Shown here in pieces: positions 63,021 to 64,000 of a DNA stretch of 64,000 nt (position 1 is the stretch's first letter; each line of letters starts with the position of its first letter). The notes under the pieces were generated by a model, which searched no databases, was not told where the DNA came from, and saw only the letters and a list, made by a program, of their open reading frames with translations. The translations under genes and the position numbers were made by a program. The DNA is from Octopus bimaculoides. Lineage: Eukaryota. The stretch lies in the NCBI RefSeq assembly GCF_001194135.2, contig NC_068991.1, positions 60,552,233 to 60,616,232 on the forward strand, in the 5' to 3' direction.

Positions 63021-64000
63021 GTAAGCCACATCATTTTTTCAAGATGTATCTTTCTACAATTTCAGCATTATCTGATATTCCTTGAGAATGGCCATACTGG
63101 TGGTGCCCCAGTATGGCCGCAACCTCAAGGCTGAAACATATAAAAGAATACTCATTTAGGAGAGAAGAGTAACACTTCGCCCACAAACAAACCTTCCACA
63201 TACATGTATGACATCACAATTCACATCCTTCCATTATTTCCATTTGCACAACTATTTCCACTCTTCAACCACTACTTAGAAACCTTGCTCCTGCTGCTGG
63301 ATGTAGAAGCAAGGTTTGTAACACCAACCACTCTTCAGAGTGTACTGGGTGTTTTTTATTATGCCACCAACACTAGAGTGGTGTCATATCCTTGACAAAA
63401 CTAAAGGACCCTCATAAGCTTACATTTTACAGAAGTCTACCATTTTTTTTTTTTGTGGTACCATCACTAGAACTAAAGAGGTAGGCATGTCTTCAATACA
63501 ATTAATGTGATCTCACAACTCACACCTCTGCTTGTCCTCCTACCTCTTTATAAAATGAGAAGCACCTTTGATAGTGATGAGAAGGATGTGTTATAAGGTG
63601 CAGAATAATTCGAGAATTCAGTATTCTGGGACAGGTTTGTATATTCAAAGCAATGTAATTAAATTATCGAAGGTCTGTGTGACTCTGAAGATAGAATTAT
63701 GGTTGAAGCCTACGACATCATCATCTTTGTTTAATGTCCATTTTTCCATGCTTGCACAATTCAGCTGAAATTTATAGAGGCAAATTTTCTACAGCTGGAT
63801 GCCCTTCCTATTGCCAACCCTCACCTGTTTTCAGCAAGATAATATCTCATTGTGATCAGACATGTTTTTCATGGAAGACTGAGAACAAAGAATGTTGCTT
63901 GTATTACAATGATGCCTATTTACAATTTTTATGTGATGTCAAGACAAGGGTGGAATACACAGAAATATACACACTTTTATATATATATATATATATATAT

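Noticed and set aside
1-64000. CRISPR arrays, rRNA genes, prokaryotic operons
   Set aside because: None seen; the sequence is eukaryotic with spliceosomal introns.

Overview
AT-rich, repeat-dense animal genomic DNA with six N-gaps. It is most likely an octopus (coleoid) scaffold; this is inferred from repeat style and gene homologies, not proven. Four spliced genes were reconstructed by hand with consistent GT-AG sites and phases. (1) The 5' part of a BDP1-like gene (TFIIIB B'' subunit), minus strand, join(6515..6681,2999..3451), running off the left edge. (2) Complete two-exon TMEM223, minus, join(22230..22743,15854..16140), 266 aa. (3) Complete 14-coding-exon DDX28 mitochondrial DEAD-box helicase, minus, 47482->26622, 549 aa. 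(4) The first nine coding exons of BABAM2/BRE, plus, 49158->63020, head-to-head with DDX28. Introns are filled with tRNA-derived SINEs, RTE-LINE fragments, hAT/Tc1-mariner/piggyBac-type MITEs and microsatellites. Best candidate novelty: a 5'-truncated Penelope-like retroelement (300-1025) in which a GIY-YIG C-terminal remnant lies between two inverted pseudo-LTRs, each combining a tRNA-like Pol III head with a minimal hammerhead ribozyme. Two further unrelated hammerhead motifs lie sense in introns of BABAM2 (56197-56284) and DDX28 (30570-30604). Three small GG-terminated palindromic elements (two with perfect 8-bp TSDs, Merlin-like) each carry a (TAACCC)n telomere-repeat core.
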